Source of the DNA: the human T2T-CHM13v2.0 reference genome, Homo sapiens | Reading direction: 5' to 3' (one strand) | Length of the DNA: 64,000 nt | Assembly (NCBI RefSeq): GCF_009914755.1 | Contig: NC_060934.1 | Program-made: the position numbers and the translations under genes | The notes under the pieces: model-generated | The model's input: only the letters and a program-made list of their open reading frames with translations | The model's database searches: none | Told to the model about the DNA's origin: nothing | Shown here: piece after piece, positions 32,241 to 43,701 of the stretch | How the letters are laid out: every line of letters starts with the position of its first letter | Position numbering within the stretch: the stretch's first letter is position 1

Positions 32241-33379
32241 AAATGATTTTTTTTCCCAAAGCTTTTTCAAAGAAAAAAAAAAGTAGAAACAAAGACACTT
32301 TCTACTGATTTCCAACATGGTGACTCTGTATTTCTAGCATGTGTTAAGGTGAAAAATTGATTTTATGTTTAATACAAAGCATAGCATAATGTAATGAAAA
32401 GCAAGATTGTAATGATAAAGGAAAATAACATTAGTGCTAATTTGTTTCAATTTGAAGCACTGGATTAAAATGAATTAGGTTATATTCCAACATGTTTATA
32501 TTGAATTTCTTTTTTCTCCAATTGGTTTCTTTTTTTTTAATGGGGGAGTGTTGCATTTGTATAAGGTTTCCCTATTATATTCAATTGTTTTGAGATGCTT
32601 TTAATATGAAGTTTTTATGTTTTGTTTTTGATATATACATGTTATGCTTTTATGCTGAATTTGATAATTGGTGCTGTATATGAAAAGCAAATGTAATTTC
32701 CCAGCTTTTATTTTTTAAAGCCCTGGGAAGCAACATAATAAAATAGAAATAGTATCAAGACAGGAGTTAGAATACCTGGATTCTAAAATTTAAATTAAAT
32801 TAGGATCTAGTGACATTATAGGTGTTCCTTGATCTTCTGATGACCTGATTCCTCAAAAGAAAAATAAAATAATCTATAAATTGTTTCTAATTCTAAAACT
32901 CTATAAATCCTATTTTAAAAATTATAATTAGTTGAACTCTATAAGGTCACAAAAATCCCTATTAAGAAACTAAAATAAAATTTTATCATATCTTAAAAAT
33001 ACTCTCATCTTTTTTTATATGCTGACATGAATTCTAATTATTTTTGAGCCCCTAAAAAACATTTAAGATCACAGTTTATGTTTTATTATTGACTTTCAGA
33101 TAATTAACATTTTCCTGATAGATATGAACAAATCTACTCTAATAGAGATAGTCATTAGTTTATTTCTCTCTTTTCAGTATCAATAAAAAGTATCGATTTA
33201 CCAATAACAATGAATTAATTGCCTGAAATAAATGAAACTTAAGCAGCAAAAGTGAACTTTTTAGTATAACTCTTCTTGTAAACATTGACTTAGTTCAAAG
33301 GGAGCTTATCTTTAAAAAAAAAGCGCTAATTCATGTCTATTGGTATAGATATAATCTTTTGTTCCTTGAAAATAGATCC

Positions 33380-34256
33380 TACTATACTCCAGACACTATG
33401 CCACTTGGTGGAGATATTAACACAAATAGCAGGTGATCATTGTCCTCATGGAGTTTATTTTAAAGAGAACAAAGTGAGACAAAGGCACACAAGCAAAGAA
33501 CTACAATACAAAGGGGATGGCATCTGACTCAGCATGGAGGTGTCACGGAAGGTGTTGTTTTGCTTAGGTTTTGAAGTGTGGGTAGGAGATGGCCCATGTT
33601 GAGAGTGGGAACTGGGAATTAAAAAGATGAGGAGGTCTCTGCAAATCTACATGGATGGGAAGTAGCATGCTGATGTGGGAAACAACTAAAAAGTTCCAGA
33701 ATGCATGGTTTATAAAGCGTGAGTCAGAGAGGGCTAGACCAGTAGCCAGATCAAGGATATCTCAGATGTTATAGTCATGAATTAGTGCATTGACCTGCAG
33801 GCCATGGGAGTCACTGAAGGTTTCAGTCAGGTAAGTGAGCTGATCAGAACAGTCCTTTAGATAGGCCGCTCTTTTGGCTGTAAGGGGGACACGTTTGAAG
33901 TAGGGCTATAGCTAAAAATATACAGACACTTCCTCTTGTCTACAGCCCTGCTGGCATCTGTTGTATTTTGACTTTTTAATAATAGCCATTCCAACCGGTA
34001 TGAAATGGTATCTCATTGTGTTTTGATTTGCATTTTTCTGATGATTAGTAATTCTAAGCATTTTTTTTTCGTGTATTTGTTAGCCATTTGTATGTGTTCT
34101 CTTGAGAAGTGTTTGTTCATGTCCTTTGCCCATTTTTTAATCGGGTTATTTTTTTTTTCTAATTGATTTAAGTTCCCTGTAGATTCTGGATACTAAAAAA
34201 CAAACAAAAACCAGAAGTAAATAAATACTCAGGACACACACACCCACACCCACACC

Positions 34257-34292
<36 letters not shown>

Positions 34293-34740
34293 CTAGGTAA
34301 GAGGCCACCAACCACCAGGGTCTAAACTGGGAACACTTTCTAGTACAGAATGAATGGAAAGGATTCATGAAATATCTAGAAAGTAACGTTAATGAGATTT
34401 ACATGTATGGAGTGAATGAGGAGAAACAGGGATCATTCAGGATTCTGGTGGGAATAACAGGAGGAGCCATTAGTTGAAATTTTGAAGTGGGAGAAGGAGA
34501 GGGAGTTTTAGGGGGAAAGATGAGTTGTTTTTAAGGTATTTCAAACCCTTGAAGCTTCTATGGGACATCGAAGTGGAAATAACAGTCTGTGGGTTGGGAC
34601 AATAAAGAAAGAAATTGGTTGAAGACTAGGGGAAGAGTATAGAGCAAAGAAATATTTAAGATAATAAACATATAGAGATAGCTGAAAATGTGGGACTGGA
34701 TTACAAAGGAAGAATGATTTAGTTATGAAGCCCAAGGGCT
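33380..34740 (-). mobile_element. L2 fragments interrupted by a short L1 piece (~33930-34195) and a (CA)n/(GA)n microsatellite (~34234-34290)
   Basis: cctcatggagtttattt, ggccatgggagtcactgaagg and L1 ggtatctcattgtgttttgatttgcattt. Confidence 0.6.
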
Positions 34741-34839
34741 GACAGGAATGGGTGACTACTCGAGGAGTTCATATGCATCTGTTATTTTATGAATAAAAAA
34801 AATTATCTGTTCCTTCCTAAAGATATCTTCAACCTGTTT

Positions 34840-35300
34840 TTGGATACATGTGGGCACTGCTTTTCACTCTCTTAGCCCCATTTCTTATTTTAGCCTCTGC
34901 TGTAGCAATCAGTTCTGCACAGGCTTTGACCCAGGCTTTGACTAGTTGGTGCAGGTGTGATATGACACTTACCTGGAATGGCCCACAGTTTGTGGCTGCT
35001 CTCACTTAAGCAGGTGGGATGCTCATGTAGGTGTAACCTAGAAGCTTGGTAGAGTTTATGCCCATGGGGCAACCTGTGACCACTCAAAAATAAAGCCCTT
35101 TCCTCCTCCCAGATTGAGGAGTCTTGCATTATGTAATAAAACTCCTTAGAAGGCCTATTAGGTTCCAATACAGCATTAGGCAACTTGATAAGGTATCCCA
35201 TTATCAGCCTTCCTTTCTTCCCTCATTCCTCTGCCTCTCACTCTTACTTCCTAAGTTAACTTCTTAGATAAAATGCCAACTTTCTATATTTTGCTTCACA
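34840..35300 (+). mobile_element. Old ERVL-type LTR (LTR33-like)
   Basis: aacctagaag....ggtagagttta.gcccatggggcaacct.tgacca and ...ccttcctttcttccctc...cactc. Confidence 0.5.
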
Positions 35301-36188
35301 TCAGGGAAAATAATTGTATATCCCATTTCAAAAGCACATAAAAAGGAAGGTTACTGTATAGAAAATTTGTCTTTAATAGATTCAGCTGTAATTTTCCAAA
35401 TACTTTAAAATTTTATTTCAGATACGTTTTTCATTTTTATAAGCTTCATCTAAAAGCAGAGTTCACCTAAGAATATACCTAAGAGCATATTACATAAAAT
35501 ATATTTTATATTTCAGTAGTATAGCTAGGATTCTTTCAAAATTGAGAGGATCTACAAATATTTCTAACACATTAGTTTTCAGTCTTAAGGCTGAGTCAAG
35601 AACAAAGCTCCTAAACTTTGCATTGGTGGTTGAGAACATTTTAAAATTGTTATTTAATTCATTAATTTATTTTTTAAAAATTTTCACATTGTAATTATAT
35701 AGATTTATAGGATACAATTTGATGTTTCAATGAATATGTATGTTGTATAATGATCCAATAAGGATAGTTAGTGTATTAATTACCTCATGCATTTATCATT
35801 TCTTTTTAATAAGAAATTTCAAAATCCTTTCTTCTAGACACTTTGTAATATACAATACTTTACTTTTAACTATAGTCACCCTGCTTTGCAAAGAACACTA
35901 AAACTTATTCTTCCTATATAATTGTGATTTCATAACTGTTAACCAGTCTCCCTCCATTTTGCCCTCCCCACTTCTTCCTCACTGTTTGGTAACCACTATT
36001 CTACTCTACTTCTCTATTAACATTTTTTTTTTAAGATTCCACATATGAGAGAGATCATGCGGTATTTGCTTTCTGTGTCTGGCTTATTTCACTTAACATT
36101 GTATCCTACAGGGTCATCCATGTTGTTGCAACTGGCAGAATTTCATTCTTTTTTTATGGCTGAATAGTATTTCATTGTGTGTGTGTCC

Positions 36189-37717
36189 ATATATATATAT
36201 ATATATATATAATTTTATGTATAATTATAATTACACATAAAATTATATATAATTATAATTATATAATTATATAATTATAATTATAATTATATAATTATAT
36301 AATTATAATTATATATAAATTATTATAATTATATATAAATTATATAATTATATATAATTTATATATAAATACATAATTATATATATATTTATATATAAAT
36401 ATATAATTATATATAATTTATATATAAAACCATAATTATATATAAAAACATAATTATTTATAATTTTATATATAATTATAATTATATAGAATTTTATATG
36501 TAATTATAATTATATATAATTATATAGTTATATATAATTATATAGAATTTTATATAGTTATATACATTATAAATAATTTTATATAGTTATATATAATTAT
36601 ATGTAATTTTATACAGTTATATAAATTATATGTAATTTTATACAGTTATATATAATTATATGTAATTTTATACAGTTATATATAATTATATGTAATTTTA
36701 TACAGTTATATATAATTCTATGTAATTTTATATAGTTACATATAATTATCTGTAATTTTATATAGTTATATATAATTATCTGTAATTTTATATAGTTATA
36801 TATAATTATATGTAATTTTATATGGTTATATATAATTATACGTAGTTTTACATAGTTATATATAGTTATAACTATATGTAGTTATATATAATTATATATA
36901 ATTATATATAATTTATATACTTATAAATATGTAATTATATATGTTATAATTATAAATATATATAATATAAATATACAATACATTTTATATAATATATAAT
37001 ATATAGTATAATACAAAATATACATTATAATATATTATATAAAAATATTATAATATATAATAATATATATTATAATATATATAATATATATAATATATTA
37101 TAATATATATAATATATATAATATATTATAATATATATTATATATAGTATAATATATATATTATAATTTATACTATATATAATATAAATTATATATTATA
37201 TATATTATATATAATATATATAATATATATAACATACATAATATATATTATGTATATAATATATAATATACATAATAATACATAATATATATTATATATA
37301 ATATGTAATATACATAATATATATTATATATATGTAATATACATAATATATATTATATATAATATGTAATATACATAATATATATTATATATAATATGTA
37401 ATATACATAATATATATTATATATAATATGTAATATACATAATGTATATTATACATAATATATTATACATAATATATAATACATAATATATATTATACAT
37501 AATATATTATATATGTTATATATTATGTATAATATATAATATACATTATATATAATATATAATATACATTATATATAATATATAATATAATATATAATAT
37601 ACATTATATATAATATATAATATAATATATAATGTATATTATATATAATATACATTATATATAATATATAATGTATATTATATATAATATACATAATGTA
37701 TATTATATATATATAAT
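36189..37717. repeat. ~1.5-kb AT-rich minisatellite / (TA)-derived VNTR
   Basis: Almost entirely A/T. Sub-arrays have 30-bp units (tgtaattttata(c/t)agttatatataattata) and ~32-bp units (tacataatatatattatatataatatgtaata). Confidence 0.95.
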
Positions 37718-38182
37718 TCACTTGTTTGTTTTTAGACACACAGGTTGATTCCATATCTGATTATTAGAAATAGTGCTACAGTAAACATAAGAGTGCAGAT
37801 ATTTTTCAAACACAATGATTTCATTTCCTATGGATATATACCCAGTAGTGGGATTGCTGGGTTATGTGATCGAATGATTGTTTTTTTTGTTTTTTTTTAA
37901 ATTTTTTAACGAACTTCCATAAAGTTTTGCTTAATGGTTGTACTAGTTTACAATCCCATCAACAGTGTGTAAGTGTTCCCTTTTCTCCACTTCCTTGCCA
38001 ACTCTTGTTGTCTTTTACCTTTTTGGTAATAGCCATTCTAATGGGTGAACTGGTATCTTATTGTGGTTTTGATTTGCATTTCCCTGATGGTTAGTGATGT
38101 TGAACATGATTTTATTATATATTCGTCTTGACCATTTCTATATTTTCTCTTGTGGCATGTCTTTTAGTTTATTTTGTCCTTT

Positions 38183-38441
38183 TCTTTTTTTTTTTTTGAG
38201 AAGGAGTCTTGCTCTGTTGCCCAAGCTGGAGTGCAGTGGTGCAGTCGGGGCTCACGGCAACCTCCATCTCCCTGGTTCAAGCAATTCCCCTGCCTCAGCC
38301 TGCTGAGTAGCTGGGGTTACAGGCACACGCCATCATGTTTGGCTAAATTTTTGTATTTTTAGTAGAGAAATGATTTCACCATATTGGTCAGGCTGTTCTC
38401 AAACTCCTGACCTCAGGCAATCCACCCGCCTCAGCCTCCCA
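38183..38441 (-). mobile_element. 5'-truncated AluS in the L1
   Basis: Alu body ends at cgcctcagcctccca and the L1 resumes with ttttgcccatttt. Confidence 0.9.
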
Positions 38442-41164
38442 GTTTTGCCCATTTTTAAATAAGTTATTTGTGTTTTTGCTGTTGAGTTGTTTAAGTTTCT
38501 TATATAATGTGGGCATTAACTCCTTAGCAGATGTATAGTTTGCAAATATTGTATCCCATTCTGTAAGTTGTCTTTTCACTCTGTTAAGTTTCCTTTGCTG
38601 TGCAAAAGCATTTTAGTTTGATGAAACCCCATTTATCTATTTTTGCTTTTGTTGCCTGTGCTTTTGACGTCTCATTTAAAAAATTCTTTTACAACCCAAA
38701 GTTATAGAGAATTTCCCACATGTTATCTCCTAGTAGTTTTTCGTAGTTTTCAATCTTACCTTTAGGTCTTTAATCACATTTGAGTTGATTTTTGTATAAG
38801 GTAAAAGATAGGGGTCTAATTTCATTATCCCACATGTAGATATCCAATCTTCTCAGTACCATTTAATGAAGAGACTGTCTTTACCCCTGTGTGTGCTCTT
38901 GACTCCTTTTTTGAAAATCAATTGACTTTAGGTATGAGAATTTATTTCTGAGCTGTATATTCTGTTCCATTGGTCTATGTGTTTGCTTTATGGCAGTGCC
39001 ATGCTGTTTTGCTTACTATGGCTTTGTAGTATATTTTGAAGTCAGGTAGTGTGGTGCCTCCAGCTTTGTTATTTTTGCACAGGATTGCTTTGGTTATTTG
39101 GGGCCTTTTCTGGTTTCATACAAATTGTAGGGTACTTTTTTCTGTTTCTGTGAAGAATTTCATTGGTATTTTGATAGGGATTGCATTGAATCTGTAGGAC
39201 ATTTTGTTAGTATGGTCATTTCAATAGTATCAGTTCTTCCAATCCATGAGTATATAATGTCCATTTTTTGTGTATCGTAAATTTTTCCATCAGTGTGTTA
39301 TAGTTTTCATTGTAGAGATCTTTCACGGCCTTGATTAAATTTATCTGCAGATTTCTTGGTAGCTATTGTAAATGGAATTCCTTTCTTGATGACTTTTTCA
39401 GATAGTTCACTATTAGTGTATAGAAACACCACTGAATTTTCTGTGTTGATTTTGTATACTACAACTTTACTGAATTTATTTATTATTTCTAGTAGTTTTT
39501 GGTCAAGTCTTTAGGGTTCTCACTCTATATAAGTATATCTAGAAAGAACCTTAAAGAGAGAGAGATCATATATATCTATATGATCATATATATAGATGTA
39601 TACATATGTATGTGAGATCACATTTTCTACAAACAGAAACAATCTGACCTCCTTCTTTCCAGTTTGGATCCCTCTTATTTATTTCTTTTGTCTAATTGCT
39701 CTGGCTCTGACCTCCAGTACTATGCTAAATAGAAGTGGTAGAAGTTGACATCCTTGTCTTCCTCCATATCATAGAGGAAAAGCATTTAACTATTCACCAT
39801 AAATAAGATGTTAGCTGTGGGTTTGTCACATATGGCCTTTACTGCATTGAGGTACACTCCTATACCTACTTTCTTGACAGTTTTTATCATAAAGGAATGT
39901 TGACTTTTGTCAAGTGTTCTTTTTGCATCTGTTGAAATGATCACATGGTTTTTGTTTTTCTTTCTATTGTGGTGGTGTATCATATTTACTGATTTGTGCA
40001 TGTTAAGCCATCCTTTCATCCCTGGGATGAATCCCACTTGATTATAGTGAATAATCTTTTTAGTGTGCTGTCGAAGTCAGTTCACTTGTATCTTGTTGAG
40101 AATTTTTTTATCTATGTTCTTCAGGAATATTGGCCTGTTATTTTCATTTTGTGCGTGTCTTTGTCTGGTTTTAGAATCAAGATATTGCGAGCCTCATAAG
40201 ATGAGTATGGAAGTCTTCCTTCCTCATTACTTTTGTGGAAAAGTTTGTGGAGAATTGGTAGTTATTCTTTAACTGTTTGGTAGAATTCAGCAGTGAAGAC
40301 ATCAGGTCCTGGGTGTTGGTTGTTGTTGTTGTTGTTTTGATGGAAGATGTTTTATTATTGATTCAATTTCCAAACTCATTATTGATGTGTTCAGATGTTA
40401 TATTTCCTCACAATTTAATCTTGGTAGTTGTATGTGTGCAGAAATTTATTCATTTTATTCTACATTATCAAATTTGTTGGCATATAGTTACGAGTAATGT
40501 CTTACAATCCCTTATATTTCTGTGGTGTATCAGTTGTAATGTCTCCTTTTTCATCTTTTATTTATTTGAATTTTCTCTCTTTTTGTCTTAGTTTAGCTAA
40601 AGGTTTGTCAGTTTTACCTTTACACTTTGTTTTATTTATCTTTTGAAATATTTTTTAGTGTCTGTTTCATTTATATCTGCTGTGAGCTTTATTATTTCCT
40701 TCCTTCTACCAATTTTGGGATTAGTTTGTTTTTGATGTTCTAGTTACTTGAAGTGTATAATTTTGCTTTGTGATTTGAAAATCTTTCTTCTTTTTTGGTG
40801 TAGGCTTTTATTGCTATAAATTTCCCTCTTAGAACTGCTTTTGCTACGTTCCATAGGTTTGGGTATGTTGGATTTTCATTCTTACTTGTCTCAGTGACTT
40901 TTGTAATTTTCCTGTTAATATCTTAATGAGACCCATTGATTTCTTGGGTGCATGCTATTTAATTTCCATGTTTTTATAAAATTTCCAAGGGCTTTCCTGT
41001 TGTTGATTTCTGGCTTTATGTCACTGTAATCAGAAAAGATACTTCATATGATATCTGTCTTCTTAAGTTTGTTAAGACTTATTATGTGTCATAATGTATG
41101 ATTGGTCCTAGAGAATGTTTGGTGTACAGTTGAGAATAATTTGTATTCTGCAGCTGTTGGATGA

Positions 41165-41527
41165 TGTATTAGTCTGTTTTCATACTGCTGATAAAGACAT
41201 ACCTGAGACTGGGTAATTTACAGAGAAAAAGAGGTTTAGTGGACTCATAGTTCCACTTGGCTGGGGAGGTCTCCCAATCGTGATGGAAGGCGAAAGGCAC
41301 ATCTTACATGGTAGCAAACAAAATAGAAATGAGAACCAAGTGAAAGGGTTCCCCCTTATAAAACCATCAGATCTTGTTAGACGTATTCACTACCACAAGA
41401 ACAGTATGGGGGAAACCGCCCCCATGATTCAATTATCTCCCACTGGTTCCCTCCCACAACATGTATGAATTATGGGAGCTATAATCAAGATGAGATTTGG
41501 GTGGGGATATACAGCCAAACCATATCA
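41165..41527 (-). mobile_element. THE1B-type solo LTR in the L1
   Basis: tgtattagtc...gccaaaccatatca, with TSD gatga/ggtga. Confidence 0.92.
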
Positions 41528-43411
41528 GGTGAGATCTTCTTTACCTGCTAGGTCCATTTGGTCTATGGTATAGTTTGAGTCTGTCATTTTTTGGTTGATT
41601 TTCTCTTCAGATAATCTGTCCATTTTTAAAGTGGAGTGTTGAAATTTCCTACTAATATTGTATTGCAGTCTATCTCTACCTTTAAATCTAATATTTGCTT
41701 TATATATCTGGTTGTTCTGGTGTTGGGTACGTATATAGTTACACCTAAGTAATATATATGTTATGTCCTCTTATTGAATTGGGCCTTTTGTCATTATACA
41801 GTGACATTCTTTTTTTATATAGTTTTTTTATTTAAAGCCTTTTAAAATATGACATGACTGTGGCTACTCCTGCTTGCTTTTCATTTGTTTGCATAAAATA
41901 TATTTTTCCATCTCTTCACTTTCAGTCTATTTGTCTTTAATAGTGAGGTAAGTATCATGTAGGCAGCATATAGGTGGGTTTTGCTATCTGAATCCATTCA
42001 TCCACTTTATATCTTTTAATTAGAGTTTAATCCACTTCTATTCAAGTTTATTATTGATAAATTAGGACTTCCTTCTACCATTTCATTAGTTGTTTTTTAG
42101 ATTACTTGTTCACTTCTTCCTTTCTTATTGTTTATCTTTCTAGTTTGGTGGTTTTCTGTGGTGCTAAGCTTTGTTTCTTTTCCCTTTTTTTTTTTTGTGT
42201 GTGTATCCGCTGTAATTTATTTCTTTCTGGTTAGTGAAACTAACATACAGAGTCCTGTATTTGTAACAGACTATTTTAAACTGATAACAACTTAACTTCT
42301 GTCACATAAAAATACTCTTGACTTCTCCCCCGCCACACACACAATTTATATTTTTGTTACCTTACATTACATCTTTATGAATGGTAGACTCCATGGAACA
42401 TAGGTTCTATGTCACAACTAAATCAATTATTTAATGGCAGCATTAAAGCAGCCCAAAGAATGTGAAAAACTGGTGTCGGTGTATTTAACTTTTTAAAAAC
42501 TATGTTTCATAATGTTTTCATTAAAAAGTCTTTATCAGTTTGCTAATGCCTAATTTTTACAACCATCCACCATAGATTTTACAGGATAAATATATTATTT
42601 CAGTAGTAATTGAAGCAGAATTTTTGTTGCTCTTCTTACCCTTAGAGATTGTGTATTATCCTCAGACGTAATTCTTTGATTTTTTTTTCTTTTCATGTTG
42701 TTACACATAGTTACCAACAATCAATGTGAGAATAACCTTTGAATATTTTCAAGCATTAAGATTTGTTTATACAGCTGCACAATTAGACAACCAACACTCT
42801 TGGGTCTTTACCTCTCAGCATACACCTGATTATTAACTTAAAGTTATGATGGGAAAAGTATCAATTTTTCTTGGTCACCTAGATTTAGAAATATGTAATA
42901 ACCATAAGCTTGGGTCTGCTTCTTCAGAAGCCTAGGAAGTGGAGTGATGGTTCTCTGAAGAGGCTGAAAACAAAGTATGTGTTTCCAGAAGGCTTAATAG
43001 AATATGTTGAGACATAGGCCATTAACACAAAAGAGAAAGAAATGCAAAAAAAGTATGAAAGTAAGGATTTGAGAAGGGAAATTTTATTTTTAACTCTAAG
43101 ATTCCTATGAATTATATGAAAGTAAATGTCCTATCCTTGAAATTAGCCAAAGGAAGCACTTTAATTATCAATATGATATGACTTTTCATACTCTTATCTA
43201 AAGATATCCGAAACTAAGATCCAGTTTTCTAAGAAAAGACCTTTTACTCATGCTTTAAAGCATGTTAGATGATTCCTACCACATCACATCATGTTGTTTA
43301 CATGTATGATTTAAACTGCATTTATTCTTCAACTCACTGGTTCCTTAGGCTTCTTATCTTTCCTTGCACGCTTAGATAATTTTATGTAAAATTGATGTTT
43401 AGAAGTTTAGT

Positions 43412-43701
43412 TGCTGGGCGTAGTGGCTGTCACCTGTAAACTCAGTACTTTGGGAATTCAAGGCAGGTGGATTGCTTGAGTCTTGGAGTTTGAGACCTGC
43501 CTGGGAAAGATGACAAACCCCATTTGTACAAAAATAAAAATATTAGCTGGATATGGTGGCACATGCCTGTGGTCCCAGCTACTCCAAGGCTGAGGTGGGA
43601 GGATGGCTTGAGTCCGAGAGGCAGAGGTGTGAGCCATGATCACGCCCTGCTCTTCAGCCTGGGCAACGAAGTCAGACCCTGTTTCAAAAAAACAAAAAAA
43701 A
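43412..43701 (+). mobile_element. AluJ
   Basis: ggattgcttgag and gctgaggtgggaggatggcttgag are AluJ diagnostics. Confidence 0.9.

Larger units (their letters stand above)
35660..42380 (-). mobile_element. Long L1MA fragment (3'UTR into ORF2) hosting the AT minisatellite, an Alu and a THE1 LTR
   Basis: ctgtgtctggcttatttcacttaacat, gaagtcaggtagtgtg.tgcctccagctttg and minus-strand ORF MGFIPGMKGWLNMHKS... (L1 ORF2 RT region). Confidence 0.9.

Noticed and set aside
33821-41954. Perfect AG|GTAAGT donors at 33831 and ~41948 as recursive sites
   Set aside because: Neither has a polypyrimidine tract leading directly to the AG without an intervening AG, and both lie within L2 or L1 sequence.
43249-43264. 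Isolated 16-bp palindrome catgctttaaagcatg (and similar isolated 12-16-mers, e.g. aacttataagtt near 1062)
   Set aside because: About one 16-bp palindrome is expected by chance in 64 kb (64000/4^8), and more with AT bias.
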